A stretch of 64,000 bases of DNA, from the NCBI GenBank assembly GCA_018646865.1, contig JABGTW010000031.1:2106-66105 (forward strand). Direction: 5' to 3'. Below are positions 10,434-19,435 of the stretch, piece after piece. Positions within the stretch are counted from its first letter, which is position 1, and every line of letters starts with the position of its first letter. The notes under the pieces were generated by a model that ran no database searches, was not told the DNA's origin, and saw only the letters and a program-made list of their open reading frames with translations. The position numbers were made by a program, and so were the translations under genes. Source of the stretch: Cryomorphaceae bacterium (GTDB taxonomy: Bacteria > Bacteroidota > Bacteroidia > Flavobacteriales > Flavobacteriaceae).

Positions 10434-11167
10434 TAAGTCCATATATTGCTGAATTTATTGGCACAACAATTCTTCTACTTCTAGGTACAGGTATTGTAGC
10501 TAATGTTAGTCTTAACAAAACAAAAGGTTCAAACCAAACACCTCTTATAACGATTACAACTGCATGGGGTTTTGCAGTATTTGTTGCTGCCTATATAACC
10601 GGTCAGTTTAGTGGTGCACATCTAAATCCTGCAGTAACAATTGGATTAGTAGTAGCTGGAAAATTCTCAACTGATTTAATGATCGGTTATATAATTGCTC
10701 AAGTTCTTGGTGCAATGCTTGGTAGTTGGTTGACTTATATATTTTATTTAGATCACTACAGGGCTACTTCAGATGAAAATGCTGTAATGGGATCATTTTG
10801 TACATCACCAGCAATAAGGAATTTTAAGAATAATTTTTTCAGTGAATTTCTCGCAACATTTATATTAATTTTCGGTATTCTTTATATAGTTAAACCTAAT
10901 ATTTTAATTGAAGGAATGGATGTGAACTTTGGAATAGGATCATTAGATGCACTTCCAGTAGGAATATTAGTTTGGGTAATTGGATTGAGTCTTGGTGGTA
11001 CAACAGGATATGCAATTAATCCTGCCAGAGATCTTGGACCAAGAATTGTGTATCAATTAATTCCTCGAAAAAATAAACTTTCAGATTGGGCGTATAGTTG
11101 GGTTCCAGTTATAGGTCCTTCGCTAGGAGCTGTAGCAGCAGGTCTCTTATTTATATATTTTAATTAA
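10430..11167 (+). CDS. glpF: aquaglyceroporin (MIP family glycerol facilitator)
   Basis: 245 aa. Two NPA boxes (HLNPAVT, INPARD). Overlaps glpD by 4 nt. Confidence 0.9.
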   Translation: MISPYIAEFIGTTILLLLGTGIVANVSLNKTKGSNQTPLITITTAWGFAVFVAAYITGQFSGAHLNPAVTIGLVVAGKFSTDLMIGYIIAQVLGAMLGSWLTYIFYLDHYRATSDENAVMGSFCTSPAIRNFKNNFFSEFLATFILIFGILYIVKPNILIEGMDVNFGIGSLDALPVGILVWVIGLSLGGTTGYAINPARDLGPRIVYQLIPRKNKLSDWAYSWVPVIGPSLGAVAAGLLFIYFN

Positions 11168-11926
11168 ATGGAAGAAACAAAAAAAATTGCACTAATTACT
11201 GGAGCAACTTCAGGAATTGGAGAGTCAACCTCTTATGAGTTAGCAAATCAATTTTCTCTTATACTATGTGGAAGAAATAGTGATAAGTTAAAAAATCTAG
11301 AGGATTCTCTATCATCAAAAACTAGAGTTAAAACTTTGCAATTTGATGTGAGAAATCAAATTGAAGTCAATGAAAAAATTTCAAGTTTAAGTGATGATTG
11401 GAAAAGTATAGATGTACTGATTAATAATGCCGGTAATGCCCATGGTTTAGATTTTATTCATGAAGGTAAAATTGAAGATTGGGATATGATGATTGATACT
11501 AATGTCAAAGGACTACTTTATGTCAGCAAACCTGTCTTAGATATAATGATAAAAAAAAATAAGGGACATATTATTAATATTGGATCAATTGCTGGAAAAG
11601 AACTTTATCCAAAAGGAAATATTTACTGTGCTTCAAAATTTGCAGTTGATGCTATCTCACAAGGAATGAGAATTGATTTAAATAAATTTAATATTAAGGT
11701 TTCACAGATTAACCCAGGATTGGTTGAAACTAATTTCTCAATGGTTAGATTTAAAAATGATCAGGATAGATCTAAGTCAGTTTATTCTGGAGTTAATCCT
11801 TTGGTTGGTGATGATGTTGCAAAAGTTATATCATACGTAATTAATTGTCCTGAGAATGTTAACATTAGTGATATTACAGTACTAGCAAAATCGCAAGCTT
11901 CTTCAACTGTCCTTAACAGAAGTTAA
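11168..11926 (+). CDS. SDR family NAD(P)-dependent oxidoreductase (YdfG-like)
   Basis: 252 aa. TGATSGIG, NNAG, YCASK. Starts immediately after the glpF stop. Confidence 0.85.
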   Translation: MEETKKIALITGATSGIGESTSYELANQFSLILCGRNSDKLKNLEDSLSSKTRVKTLQFDVRNQIEVNEKISSLSDDWKSIDVLINNAGNAHGLDFIHEGKIEDWDMMIDTNVKGLLYVSKPVLDIMIKKNKGHIINIGSIAGKELYPKGNIYCASKFAVDAISQGMRIDLNKFNIKVSQINPGLVETNFSMVRFKNDQDRSKSVYSGVNPLVGDDVAKVISYVINCPENVNISDITVLAKSQASSTVLNRS

Positions 11927-12474
11927 TTATTAATTAATGATTTATACTTTTCAATTATCTTCTTCGGTATAGGATGGTAACCATTATTAAACTTTAAACT
12001 CTCACTTTTATTTTTTTCCTTTTTAAGATTAATAAAATAGTCCGAAACCTTATTAATTTCAATACAATCATCAACATCATATAAATCATCAGTATGAACC
12101 TGATCTAATCCTTTCATTAAAGTTTCTTTTGCTCTTTTTTTAATTTCAATTTTTTTATCTCCAACAAGAAATTCACTTTCATGCAACTCTTCAAATTTAT
12201 TTTCATCATAACCACCTAGATTAATAAAAAATAATTTATTTTTTGAGATGTTTTTTTTTGATAAAAGAGAAACTTTATAACCATCTACATAATTAATTTC
12301 AACCCAAGAATCTATATGAAGTCTATCTGCATTTCCAAACCACTTATCAAGTAAGTCTATATATGTATCCTGTATTTTTTGACCACAAGTAAAAACTACA
12401 TCGTGAAGCTCTGTATTGCATCCATCTGCTCTTCCTCCAAGATATACAGCAAAAAGTTTAATATTTTCTTTCAT
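11923..12474 (-). CDS. DUF1543 domain-containing protein
   Basis: 183 aa. The N-terminus KLFAVYLGGRADGCNTELHDVVF...LHIDSW matches my memory of the DUF1543 signature. Function unknown. Confidence 0.6.
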   Translation of the reverse strand: MKENIKLFAVYLGGRADGCNTELHDVVFTCGQKIQDTYIDLLDKWFGNADRLHIDSWVEINYVDGYKVSLLSKKNISKNKLFFINLGGYDENKFEELHESEFLVGDKKIEIKKRAKETLMKGLDQVHTDDLYDVDDCIEINKVSDYFINLKKEKNKSESLKFNNGYHPIPKKIIEKYKSLINN

Positions 12475-12548
12475 ATCTAATTGTATTAAAGAATTTTAAA
12501 ATATAGTATTTTTTTATACCAGGTGTTTAATTACCTTGTTAGAAATAT

Positions 12549-13310
12549 ATGAAAAAATTATTATCACCATTTTTTTTAGTATTTATTTTTCTTTTTACAA
12601 GTTGTAATAATACTTCAGATATTATTGTCATAGGTCATAGAGGAGCTATGGGCCATGCACTTGAAAACACTATTGAATCAGTTGAAAAAGCTGTTAATCT
12701 TAATGTTGATGGAATAGAAATTGATGTATTCAAATCCAAAACAGGGGAATTAATAGTTTATCATGATCCTTCATTAAAAAGGTTATCAAATTCAACTGCA
12801 TTAATAGAGGATATATCTTTAGATTCAATAAAAAAAGTTAAACTAAAAGGGGGACTAATGATTCCTATCCTTGAGGAGGTTATTGATGTTATTCCAGAAA
12901 ATATTTTTTTAAACATAGAGCTTAAGGGAAAAAACACAGCTTATGCTACTAACAAAATTATTTCAGAATATTTAACGCGTTATAATTGGCCACCATCAAA
13001 ATTTATAATATCAAGTTTTAATTGGAATGAATTAAAAAATTTTAGAAGTATTAATGCTGACGTTCCTATTGCAATTCTTGTCGACTCATTATATAAAATA
13101 GATAGTGCTATTAGACTTTCAAAGGAACTAAACGCAATATCTTTAAATCCAAACAATAAGTTCTTAACGAATGAAATTGTTAAAAAAATACACTCTAATG
13201 ATATTAAAGTTTATCCCTATACAATTAATGCTCCAGAGAATATAAAGAGAATGAAATTAATGGGAGTAGATGCAATTATAACTGATTATCCAGAAAGAAT
13301 TAATAAATAA
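12549..13310 (+). CDS. glycerophosphodiester phosphodiesterase, lipoprotein
   Basis: 253 aa. Lipobox LFTSC. GDPD motifs GHRGA..ENT, EIDV and ITDYP. Confidence 0.85.
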   Translation: MKKLLSPFFLVFIFLFTSCNNTSDIIVIGHRGAMGHALENTIESVEKAVNLNVDGIEIDVFKSKTGELIVYHDPSLKRLSNSTALIEDISLDSIKKVKLKGGLMIPILEEVIDVIPENIFLNIELKGKNTAYATNKIISEYLTRYNWPPSKFIISSFNWNELKNFRSINADVPIAILVDSLYKIDSAIRLSKELNAISLNPNNKFLTNEIVKKIHSNDIKVYPYTINAPENIKRMKLMGVDAIITDYPERINK

Positions 13311-13322
13311 AAAAGGAAAGCT

Positions 13323-14231
13323 TTATACTCTGTTTTTAGCTACCACAAAATGTTCAATTTTGAAAATATGATTTTCAGGAATGGTTCTTCCAATTGGAGT
13401 AAAATACTTAGAATTAAGATCAGCTAAGGTTTTATTTTCTATTAATGAAAACCTATTTTGAGAGAGTAAATCCTCAATTTCTTCAGCCGAGTATAATGAT
13501 ATCCATGGTTCGCCTACTTTCGCAGCTCCATAGGTTATTAATTTAGCTCGTTTTTCAGTGTTTGGATAACCCTTACCAAAACAGGCCTTTGGATCTTCTC
13601 TCAGAAGGCTATTTACATAAGACATAAAGAGTATTGCATTTGAATTTTGGGTTAAGACAGCCAGTTCATTTAAAGTTGAGTTAAGCGCTTCTCTTGTAAT
13701 ATACTGAGAAACTCCCTCAAGTGTGAATACGGTTGATTTACTTTCATCGAACCCTGCATTCAAAAGTTGTTCTTTGAGAGATTGGTGATTAAAATCAATA
13801 CTCACATAGGTCACGTTTTCTGCATTAGGTATCTCATCTGGAAGTTTAGAACGTTTTCTTTCTTGAACTTCAGGCTGATCAACTTCGAATATTTTTAATC
13901 CTGATGGTAGTTTGAGACGATGCGCTCTTGAGTCGTACCCAGCGCCTAGAATGACATATTGTTCTACCTTATCAGAGGTGCTTTTTTCAATTAGATCATC
14001 TATAAATCGTGTTCGAGAAATTAGAAGTTCATGAAATCCAGGAACGAACTTTTTACTCAACCAGACACTAAACTTATGCCCCATAAGTTTAATTATACCT
14101 GCACCAATTACAAACTTCTTAGCATAAGGATCATAAATAACACGTTTACCAGGTTTAGCAAGTGATTCAATCAATCGCTGTTTTGCAACCCCTTGAGCGG
14201 TCCCATCTTTTCTAAATATGGAGTTACTCAT
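13323..14231 (-). CDS. class I SAM-dependent methyltransferase (leucine carboxyl / O-methyltransferase-like family)
   Basis: 302 aa. VILGAGYDSR SAM-binding motif and EVDQPEV, typical of the LCM/TIGR00027-type methyltransferases. Confidence 0.75.
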   Translation of the reverse strand: MSNSIFRKDGTAQGVAKQRLIESLAKPGKRVIYDPYAKKFVIGAGIIKLMGHKFSVWLSKKFVPGFHELLISRTRFIDDLIEKSTSDKVEQYVILGAGYDSRAHRLKLPSGLKIFEVDQPEVQERKRSKLPDEIPNAENVTYVSIDFNHQSLKEQLLNAGFDESKSTVFTLEGVSQYITREALNSTLNELAVLTQNSNAILFMSYVNSLLREDPKACFGKGYPNTEKRAKLITYGAAKVGEPWISLYSAEEIEDLLSQNRFSLIENKTLADLNSKYFTPIGRTIPENHIFKIEHFVVAKNRV

Positions 14232-14297
14232 TGTGTATATTTATTAATTTCTTTATTGCTTTTATATAAACCATTTTCATTAAATTAATTAAAAAAA

Positions 14298-14975
14298 ATG
14301 AAAATCACTTTTTTAGGACATGCCTCATTAGAAATTAAAATTGATGAATTTAGTATTGTAGTTGATCCATTTATCTCTGGAAATCCTTTTGCTTCAGATG
14401 TTGATATTGATAGTTTAAAACCAGATTTTATTCTTATTACTCATGCTCATCAAGATCATATTTTAGATGTTGAAAAACTAGCTAAAGAAAATGACTCTAT
14501 TATTATTTCAAATTTTGAAATTGTCAATTATTTTCAAAACAAAGGATTAAAGGGTCATCCAATGAATCATGGTGGTAAATGGAATTTTGATTTTGGAGAA
14601 TTAAAGTATGTTAATGCAATTCATACTTCAACCTTTCCTGATGGAGAAAATGGAGGTCAGCCAGGAGGCTTTATAATCTCAGCAAATAATAAATCAATAT
14701 ACATTGCTGGAGATACTGCTTTAACTTATGATATGAAACTTATTCCACTTAAATACAATTTAGATCTTGCTGTTTTACCAATTGGAGATAATTTTACAAT
14801 GGGATATGAAGATGCAATTTTAGCTTCTGACTTTATCCAATGTGATAAAATACTAGGCTACCATTATGACACCTTCGGCTTGATTGAGATTAATGAAACT
14901 AATGCTATAGATAAGTTTAAAGAAAGAGGTAAGAATTTAATTCTATTAAAACCTTTGGAGTCGTTGGAAGTTTAA
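14298..14975 (+). CDS. metal-dependent hydrolase, MBL fold (UPF0173 family)
   Basis: 225 aa. THAHQDH metallo-beta-lactamase motif. Confidence 0.8.
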   Translation: MKITFLGHASLEIKIDEFSIVVDPFISGNPFASDVDIDSLKPDFILITHAHQDHILDVEKLAKENDSIIISNFEIVNYFQNKGLKGHPMNHGGKWNFDFGELKYVNAIHTSTFPDGENGGQPGGFIISANNKSIYIAGDTALTYDMKLIPLKYNLDLAVLPIGDNFTMGYEDAILASDFIQCDKILGYHYDTFGLIEINETNAIDKFKERGKNLILLKPLESLEV

Positions 14976-15679
14976 CTAATTAAACCAAGATCAATTTTAG
15001 ATAGATCATCTTTATTAATAATTTTAATTCTTTTTCCTTTAATGTCAATTAATTTTTTTTCCTTAAAAGACGACAGCATTCTAATACATCCTTCTTTAGA
15101 GGTACCAATCAAATCTCCTATTTCTTTTCTTTTTAAGTAAAGACTTATAAAGCCTTCTGAATCATTTCCAAATTCATTATTCAAATAAATTAAGACATGT
15201 GAAAGTCTTTGTTTAACAGACTTTTGAGCCAAGTTCACAAATTCATTATCTGATTTCTTTAGTTCATTAGATATATTTATAAGTAGTGCTTTCATGAAGC
15301 TTTTATTTTCTGAAAGTTCAAGAATCTTTTCTTTTGGAATAAAGCATAGCTCCATATCAGTTAATGCAATTGCATCTAAATTTGTGGATTCTTCAGAGAT
15401 TAATGATCTTTTACCTAGAAGTTCACCTTTACGAGCAATCTTGACAATTTGGCTATTTCCATTATCACTAATCTTTGACAATTTTGTACTACCACTTTTT
15501 ATGCAATAGACACCTTTTAACTTTTGTCCTTCAATGAATACTTGTTCTCCTTTTTTAAAACTAATTACTTGTTTAACATCAGATATTTTAGATAAATCTT
15601 CTTTATTAAGAGCATTAAAGGAATTTAATTCTCTTATAATACAGCTCTCGCACCTGATATCTAAATGATCTTTATTCAT
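14972..15679 (-). CDS. Crp/Fnr family transcriptional regulator
   Basis: 235 aa. cNMP-binding beta-roll (FKKGEQVFIEGQ, GELLG) and a C-terminal HTH (RKEIGDLIGTSKEGCIRMLSSF). Divergent from the nos operon. Confidence 0.85.
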   Translation of the reverse strand: MNKDHLDIRCESCIIRELNSFNALNKEDLSKISDVKQVISFKKGEQVFIEGQKLKGVYCIKSGSTKLSKISDNGNSQIVKIARKGELLGKRSLISEESTNLDAIALTDMELCFIPKEKILELSENKSFMKALLINISNELKKSDNEFVNLAQKSVKQRLSHVLIYLNNEFGNDSEGFISLYLKRKEIGDLIGTSKEGCIRMLSSFKEKKLIDIKGKRIKIINKDDLSKIDLGLIS

Positions 15680-15711
15680 CTAATAATAAAAGTAAACAAA
15701 ATTTTCAAAGT

Positions 15712-15725
15712 ATGATTTTTATCAT
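15712..15725. promoter_or_regulatory. FNR/CRP-type palindromic operator ATGAT-N4-ATCAT
   Basis: ATGATTTTTATCAT has perfect 5-bp arms containing the TGAT-N4-ATCA core of the FNR consensus TTGAT-N4-ATCAA. Its centre lies 29.5 nt upstream of the -7 box at 15748. Confidence 0.55.
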
Positions 15726-15747
15726 CTTTTAAATTAAAATCATACTT

Positions 15748-15755
15748 TAATTTTG
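15748..15755 (+). promoter_or_regulatory. Bacteroidota-type -7 promoter box (TAnnTTTG) for the nos operon
   Basis: TAATTTTG is an exact match to TAnnTTTG, 30 nt upstream of the cytochrome c ATG. Confidence 0.45.
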
Positions 15756-15785
15756 TCTTATAAAATTCATAAACAAATCTAAATT

Positions 15786-16292
15786 ATGATCAAATCTTTA
15801 AAATTATTAGTATGCTTATTGCTATTTGTTGGTTGTGGAAATAGCCAGTCAAATGAAAAGGAAAAGTTCTCATATGAAAGAACAAAAAAAGATAAAAAAG
15901 AAAATGTTGTTGTCAATCATGATAATCATGATATTAAAGCTTCTGTTATGGTAGACCTTGTAAATAAAGGTGTTGGACCCATTAAAGAAATAAGTTTTGA
16001 TAATGAAATAAATCCACAATTGGTAAGTTCTGGAGAGGAAATTTTTAGTAAGATGTGTTCTGCTTGTCATAAAGTAGGTAAAAAATTTATTGGTCCAAAG
16101 CCAAATAAAATTTTTGATAGAAGAACTCCAGAATGGGTAATGAATATGATATTAAATCCTGAAGAAATGGTCAATAATGATCCTATTGCAAAAAAATTAC
16201 TTGTTGAATTTAATGGTGCTCCAATGGCAAATCAAAATTTAACAGAGGATGAAGCTAGAGCAGTTGTTGAGTATTTCAGAACATTAAATTAA
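15786..16292 (+). CDS. mono-haem c-type cytochrome, lipoprotein (nos-associated)
   Basis: 168 aa. Lipobox LFVGC, haem motif CSACH, distal Met in GAPMANQ. First gene of the nos operon. Confidence 0.85.
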   Translation: MIKSLKLLVCLLLFVGCGNSQSNEKEKFSYERTKKDKKENVVVNHDNHDIKASVMVDLVNKGVGPIKEISFDNEINPQLVSSGEEIFSKMCSACHKVGKKFIGPKPNKIFDRRTPEWVMNMILNPEEMVNNDPIAKKLLVEFNGAPMANQNLTEDEARAVVEYFRTLN

Positions 16293-16298
16293 TTATAT

Positions 16299-16883
16299 AT
16301 GAAAGGTAAATCAATTTCTTTTATTCTAATTTTTTTCTTCACCGTAGCTGTATTAAGTATTTACTTAATGAGAACAAATGAAAAAATAAATAATGAAAAT
16401 AAAATATCAACTACAGATTCAGATAAAATAATTGCTGAAGGTGTTAATGGGCAAGCATTTATCGAAGATTCTTCGGAAATGAATACTGTACTCCATGTCG
16501 CTATTAATTCCAAAGATCATTCCACTTTAGTTCTAGCTGTTCAAGCTGCTGAACTTGAAAACTCTTTGGTAAATGCTGGCCCTTTAACTGTTTTTGCTCC
16601 AACTAATGAAGCTTTTGATGAACTTCCACCTAATACAGTTTCTAGTTTGTTAGAAAGAGAAAACATAGATAAACTAGCATTTATATTAAAGCACCATGTA
16701 ACACCTGGAAATTACTCTAAGGATTTCATTAAAAAATTTAAAAAACTTGGACAAGCAAGTAATGAAAATGTACCTGTTGAGGTTAAAGGAGATGACGTTT
16801 ATATAGGGGGAGCCAAAATTATTGCATCCGTTAAAGCCTCTAATGGCACAGTTCACATAGTAGATAAAGTTATTCTTCCATAA
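16299..16883 (+). CDS. fasciclin (FAS1) domain protein, membrane-anchored
   Basis: 194 aa with an N-terminal TM helix. FAS1 motifs LTVFAPTNEAF and NGTVHIVDKVILP. Confidence 0.85.
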   Translation: MKGKSISFILIFFFTVAVLSIYLMRTNEKINNENKISTTDSDKIIAEGVNGQAFIEDSSEMNTVLHVAINSKDHSTLVLAVQAAELENSLVNAGPLTVFAPTNEAFDELPPNTVSSLLERENIDKLAFILKHHVTPGNYSKDFIKKFKKLGQASNENVPVEVKGDDVYIGGAKIIASVKASNGTVHIVDKVILP

Positions 16884-17464
16884 TGAGTTATATAGGTGGT
16901 ATACTTCCAGATATTAATATTAACTCTGTAAATCATAAATCAGAGGAGGAAATTTTTAATTTTTCAAATAATAATATTAAAACTTTACTGTTCTGGTATC
17001 CTAAAGACTTTACATTTGTTTGTCCTACTGAAATTCATGCTTTTCAAGAAAAATTATCTGAGTTTATAAAAAGAGGTTACCGTGTTATAGGAGCCTCGTG
17101 TGATACAATACAGATTCATTTAGAATGGCTAAAAACTTCAAAAAAAAATGCAGGTATAGAGGGTATTACATTTCCCTTAATTTCAGATCCAAGAAGAACG
17201 TTATCTAAAAAACTCAAAATTTTGGGCAAAGATAATGTTACGTACCGAGCAACTTATCTTATTGACGAAAACAACTTAGTTTATTATGAATCTATTAATG
17301 AAATGTCAATAGGAAGAAATATAGATGAGCTTTTAAGAATCATAGATGCTAAAATTCATCATGATTTAAATGGAGAAGTGTGTCCAGCTAATTGGATTTT
17401 AGGCAAAAAAGCTCTTAAAGAATCAACAGAAAGTGTAAAAAAATATTTTTCAAACTTAAAGTAA
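16883..17464 (+). CDS. typical 2-Cys peroxiredoxin (AhpC/Prx1 type), no signal peptide
   Basis: 193 aa. Peroxidatic FVCPTE and resolving EVCPANW motifs. The start overlaps the fasciclin stop (TAATG). Confidence 0.9.
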   Translation: MSYIGGILPDININSVNHKSEEEIFNFSNNNIKTLLFWYPKDFTFVCPTEIHAFQEKLSEFIKRGYRVIGASCDTIQIHLEWLKTSKKNAGIEGITFPLISDPRRTLSKKLKILGKDNVTYRATYLIDENNLVYYESINEMSIGRNIDELLRIIDAKIHHDLNGEVCPANWILGKKALKESTESVKKYFSNLK

Positions 17465-17469
17465 ATCTT

Positions 17470-19419
17470 ATGAAACATTATATTAAAAAATCATTATTAA
17501 TTTTCTTATCGATGTTAGTTTTTTCGGCTTGTAATAATTTATCAATAAATGAAAGTACTCTACCATCAAGTGCCGCAGAAAAAGTGTATGTTCCACCAGG
17601 AGAACATGATGAATTTTATGCTTTTTTATCAGGCGGGTTTAGTGGTCAATTATCAGTTTATGGTTTGCCCTCTGGAAGATTATTTAAAATAATTCCTGTT
17701 TTTTCCGTCGATGCTGAAAAGGGATATGGATTCAATGAAGAAACTAAAGACTTGTTAAATACTTCATTTGGTAGAATACCATGGGGAGATTCTCATCATC
17801 CAGATATATCTCAAACAAATGGTAAGTTAGACGGAAGATGGATTTTTATTAATGAAAATAATACACCTAGAATCGGTAAAATTGATTTATCAGTTTTTGA
17901 GACAACAGAGACTATTGAAATTCCAAATACAGCTGGTAATCATAGCTCCTCATATGTTACAGAAAACACAGAATATGTTATCGCAGGAACCAGGTTTTCT
18001 ATTCCAGTTCCTCAAAGAGATATGCCAATTGATGAGTACAAAGGAAACTTCAAAGGTGTATTGTCATTTCTAGAAGTTGATTCAGAAGATGGTGAAATGG
18101 ACTTGTCTTTTCAAATAATGATGCCAGGATTTAATTATGATAAGGCACATCCTGGAAGAGGTAAATCTCATGGCTGGTTTTTCTATACAACTTATAATAC
18201 CGAGGAAGCAAATTCATTACTTGAAGTGAATGCATCTCAAAATGATAAAGATTTTATTGCGGCAGTTAATTGGAAAAAAGCAGAAGAATACATAAAGCAG
18301 GGTAAGTTTAAAACAATGAAGACTAATTATGCCCATAATAAATATGATGAATCTACTCATACAGCTAAGACAGAGTGGGTAAAAGAAGTTAAAGTACTTG
18401 ATCCTGCTGAATTACCAGGTCTTGTATATTTTTTACCAACTCCAAAATCTCCTCATGGTTGTGATGTAGATCCATCAGGAGAATATATTGTTGGAAGTGG
18501 TAAGCTATCATCAGATGTAACAGTTCACTCTTTTTCTAAAATGATAAATGCTATTGAAGAAGAAAATTTTTCTGGTGAAGCTTATGGAATTCCTATTTTA
18601 AATTTTGAAGCAGTTCATGCTGGAAGTGTTAAGCAGTCTGGTCTAGGCCCCTTACATACAGAATTTGATAACAAGGGTAATGCATATACCTCTTTCTTTA
18701 TTTCATCAGAGGTAGTTAAATGGAAATTAGGGACATGGGAGGTATTAGACAGAAAACCATCATTTTATTCAGTAGGACATCTAATGATTCCTGGCGGTAA
18801 TTCTGGTGAACCTTTTGGAAAATATGCTTTAGCAATGAATAAAATTACTAAAGATAGATATTTGCCAACAGGACCTGAGGTAACTCAGTCTGCACAGCTA
18901 TATGACATTACAGGAAGTAAAATGGAACTTTTGCTAGATTTTCCAACTGTAGGTGAACCTCATTATGCTGCTGGAATTCCTGCAGAACTTGTTAAGCCAA
19001 GATCAAAAAAAATATTTAAACTTGAAGATAATAAACATGAATATGCAACACTCTCCGAAAGAGACACTAAAGTAGTGAGAAACGGAAAAGAAGTTCATAT
19101 TTATATGACCACTATTAGAAGTCATTTTTCACCTGATAATATTGAGGGAATAAAGGTGGGAGACAAAGTTTATTTCCATATCACCAACCTCGAACAGGAC
19201 TATGACGTTCCCCATGGAGTTGCAATGATAGGAGCAAATACTTCGGAAGTTTTAATTATGCCCGGTCAAACTGAAACATTTATTTGGGAGCCAAAAAAAG
19301 TAGGTGTATGGCCTTTTTATTGTACTGACTTTTGTTCTGCACTTCATCAAGAAATGCAAGGATATGTTAGGGTTTCACCTAAAAATTCAAGTATAAAACT
19401 TTCTTGGTCACTAGATTAA
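17470..19419 (+). CDS. nosZ: nitrous-oxide reductase, Sec-dependent (clade II)
   Basis: 649 aa. Lipoprotein-type Sec signal (LSMLVFSAC) with no twin-arginine. C-terminal CuA site DVPHGV...CTDFCSALHQEM. Followed by nosL/D/F/Y. Confidence 0.95.
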   Translation: MKHYIKKSLLIFLSMLVFSACNNLSINESTLPSSAAEKVYVPPGEHDEFYAFLSGGFSGQLSVYGLPSGRLFKIIPVFSVDAEKGYGFNEETKDLLNTSFGRIPWGDSHHPDISQTNGKLDGRWIFINENNTPRIGKIDLSVFETTETIEIPNTAGNHSSSYVTENTEYVIAGTRFSIPVPQRDMPIDEYKGNFKGVLSFLEVDSEDGEMDLSFQIMMPGFNYDKAHPGRGKSHGWFFYTTYNTEEANSLLEVNASQNDKDFIAAVNWKKAEEYIKQGKFKTMKTNYAHNKYDESTHTAKTEWVKEVKVLDPAELPGLVYFLPTPKSPHGCDVDPSGEYIVGSGKLSSDVTVHSFSKMINAIEEENFSGEAYGIPILNFEAVHAGSVKQSGLGPLHTEFDNKGNAYTSFFISSEVVKWKLGTWEVLDRKPSFYSVGHLMIPGGNSGEPFGKYALAMNKITKDRYLPTGPEVTQSAQLYDITGSKMELLLDFPTVGEPHYAAGIPAELVKPRSKKIFKLEDNKHEYATLSERDTKVVRNGKEVHIYMTTIRSHFSPDNIEGIKVGDKVYFHITNLEQDYDVPHGVAMIGANTSEVLIMPGQTETFIWEPKKVGVWPFYCTDFCSALHQEMQGYVRVSPKNSSIKLSWSLD

Positions 19420-19435
19420 TCTAAAAAATATTAAA

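Noticed and set aside
15911-15935. ATCATGATAATCATGAT inside the cytochrome c gene, resembling the operator half-sites
   Set aside because: The half-site orientation and spacing are wrong (ATGAT-N4-ATGAT rather than ATGAT-N4-ATCAT). It encodes NHDNHD within a coding region.
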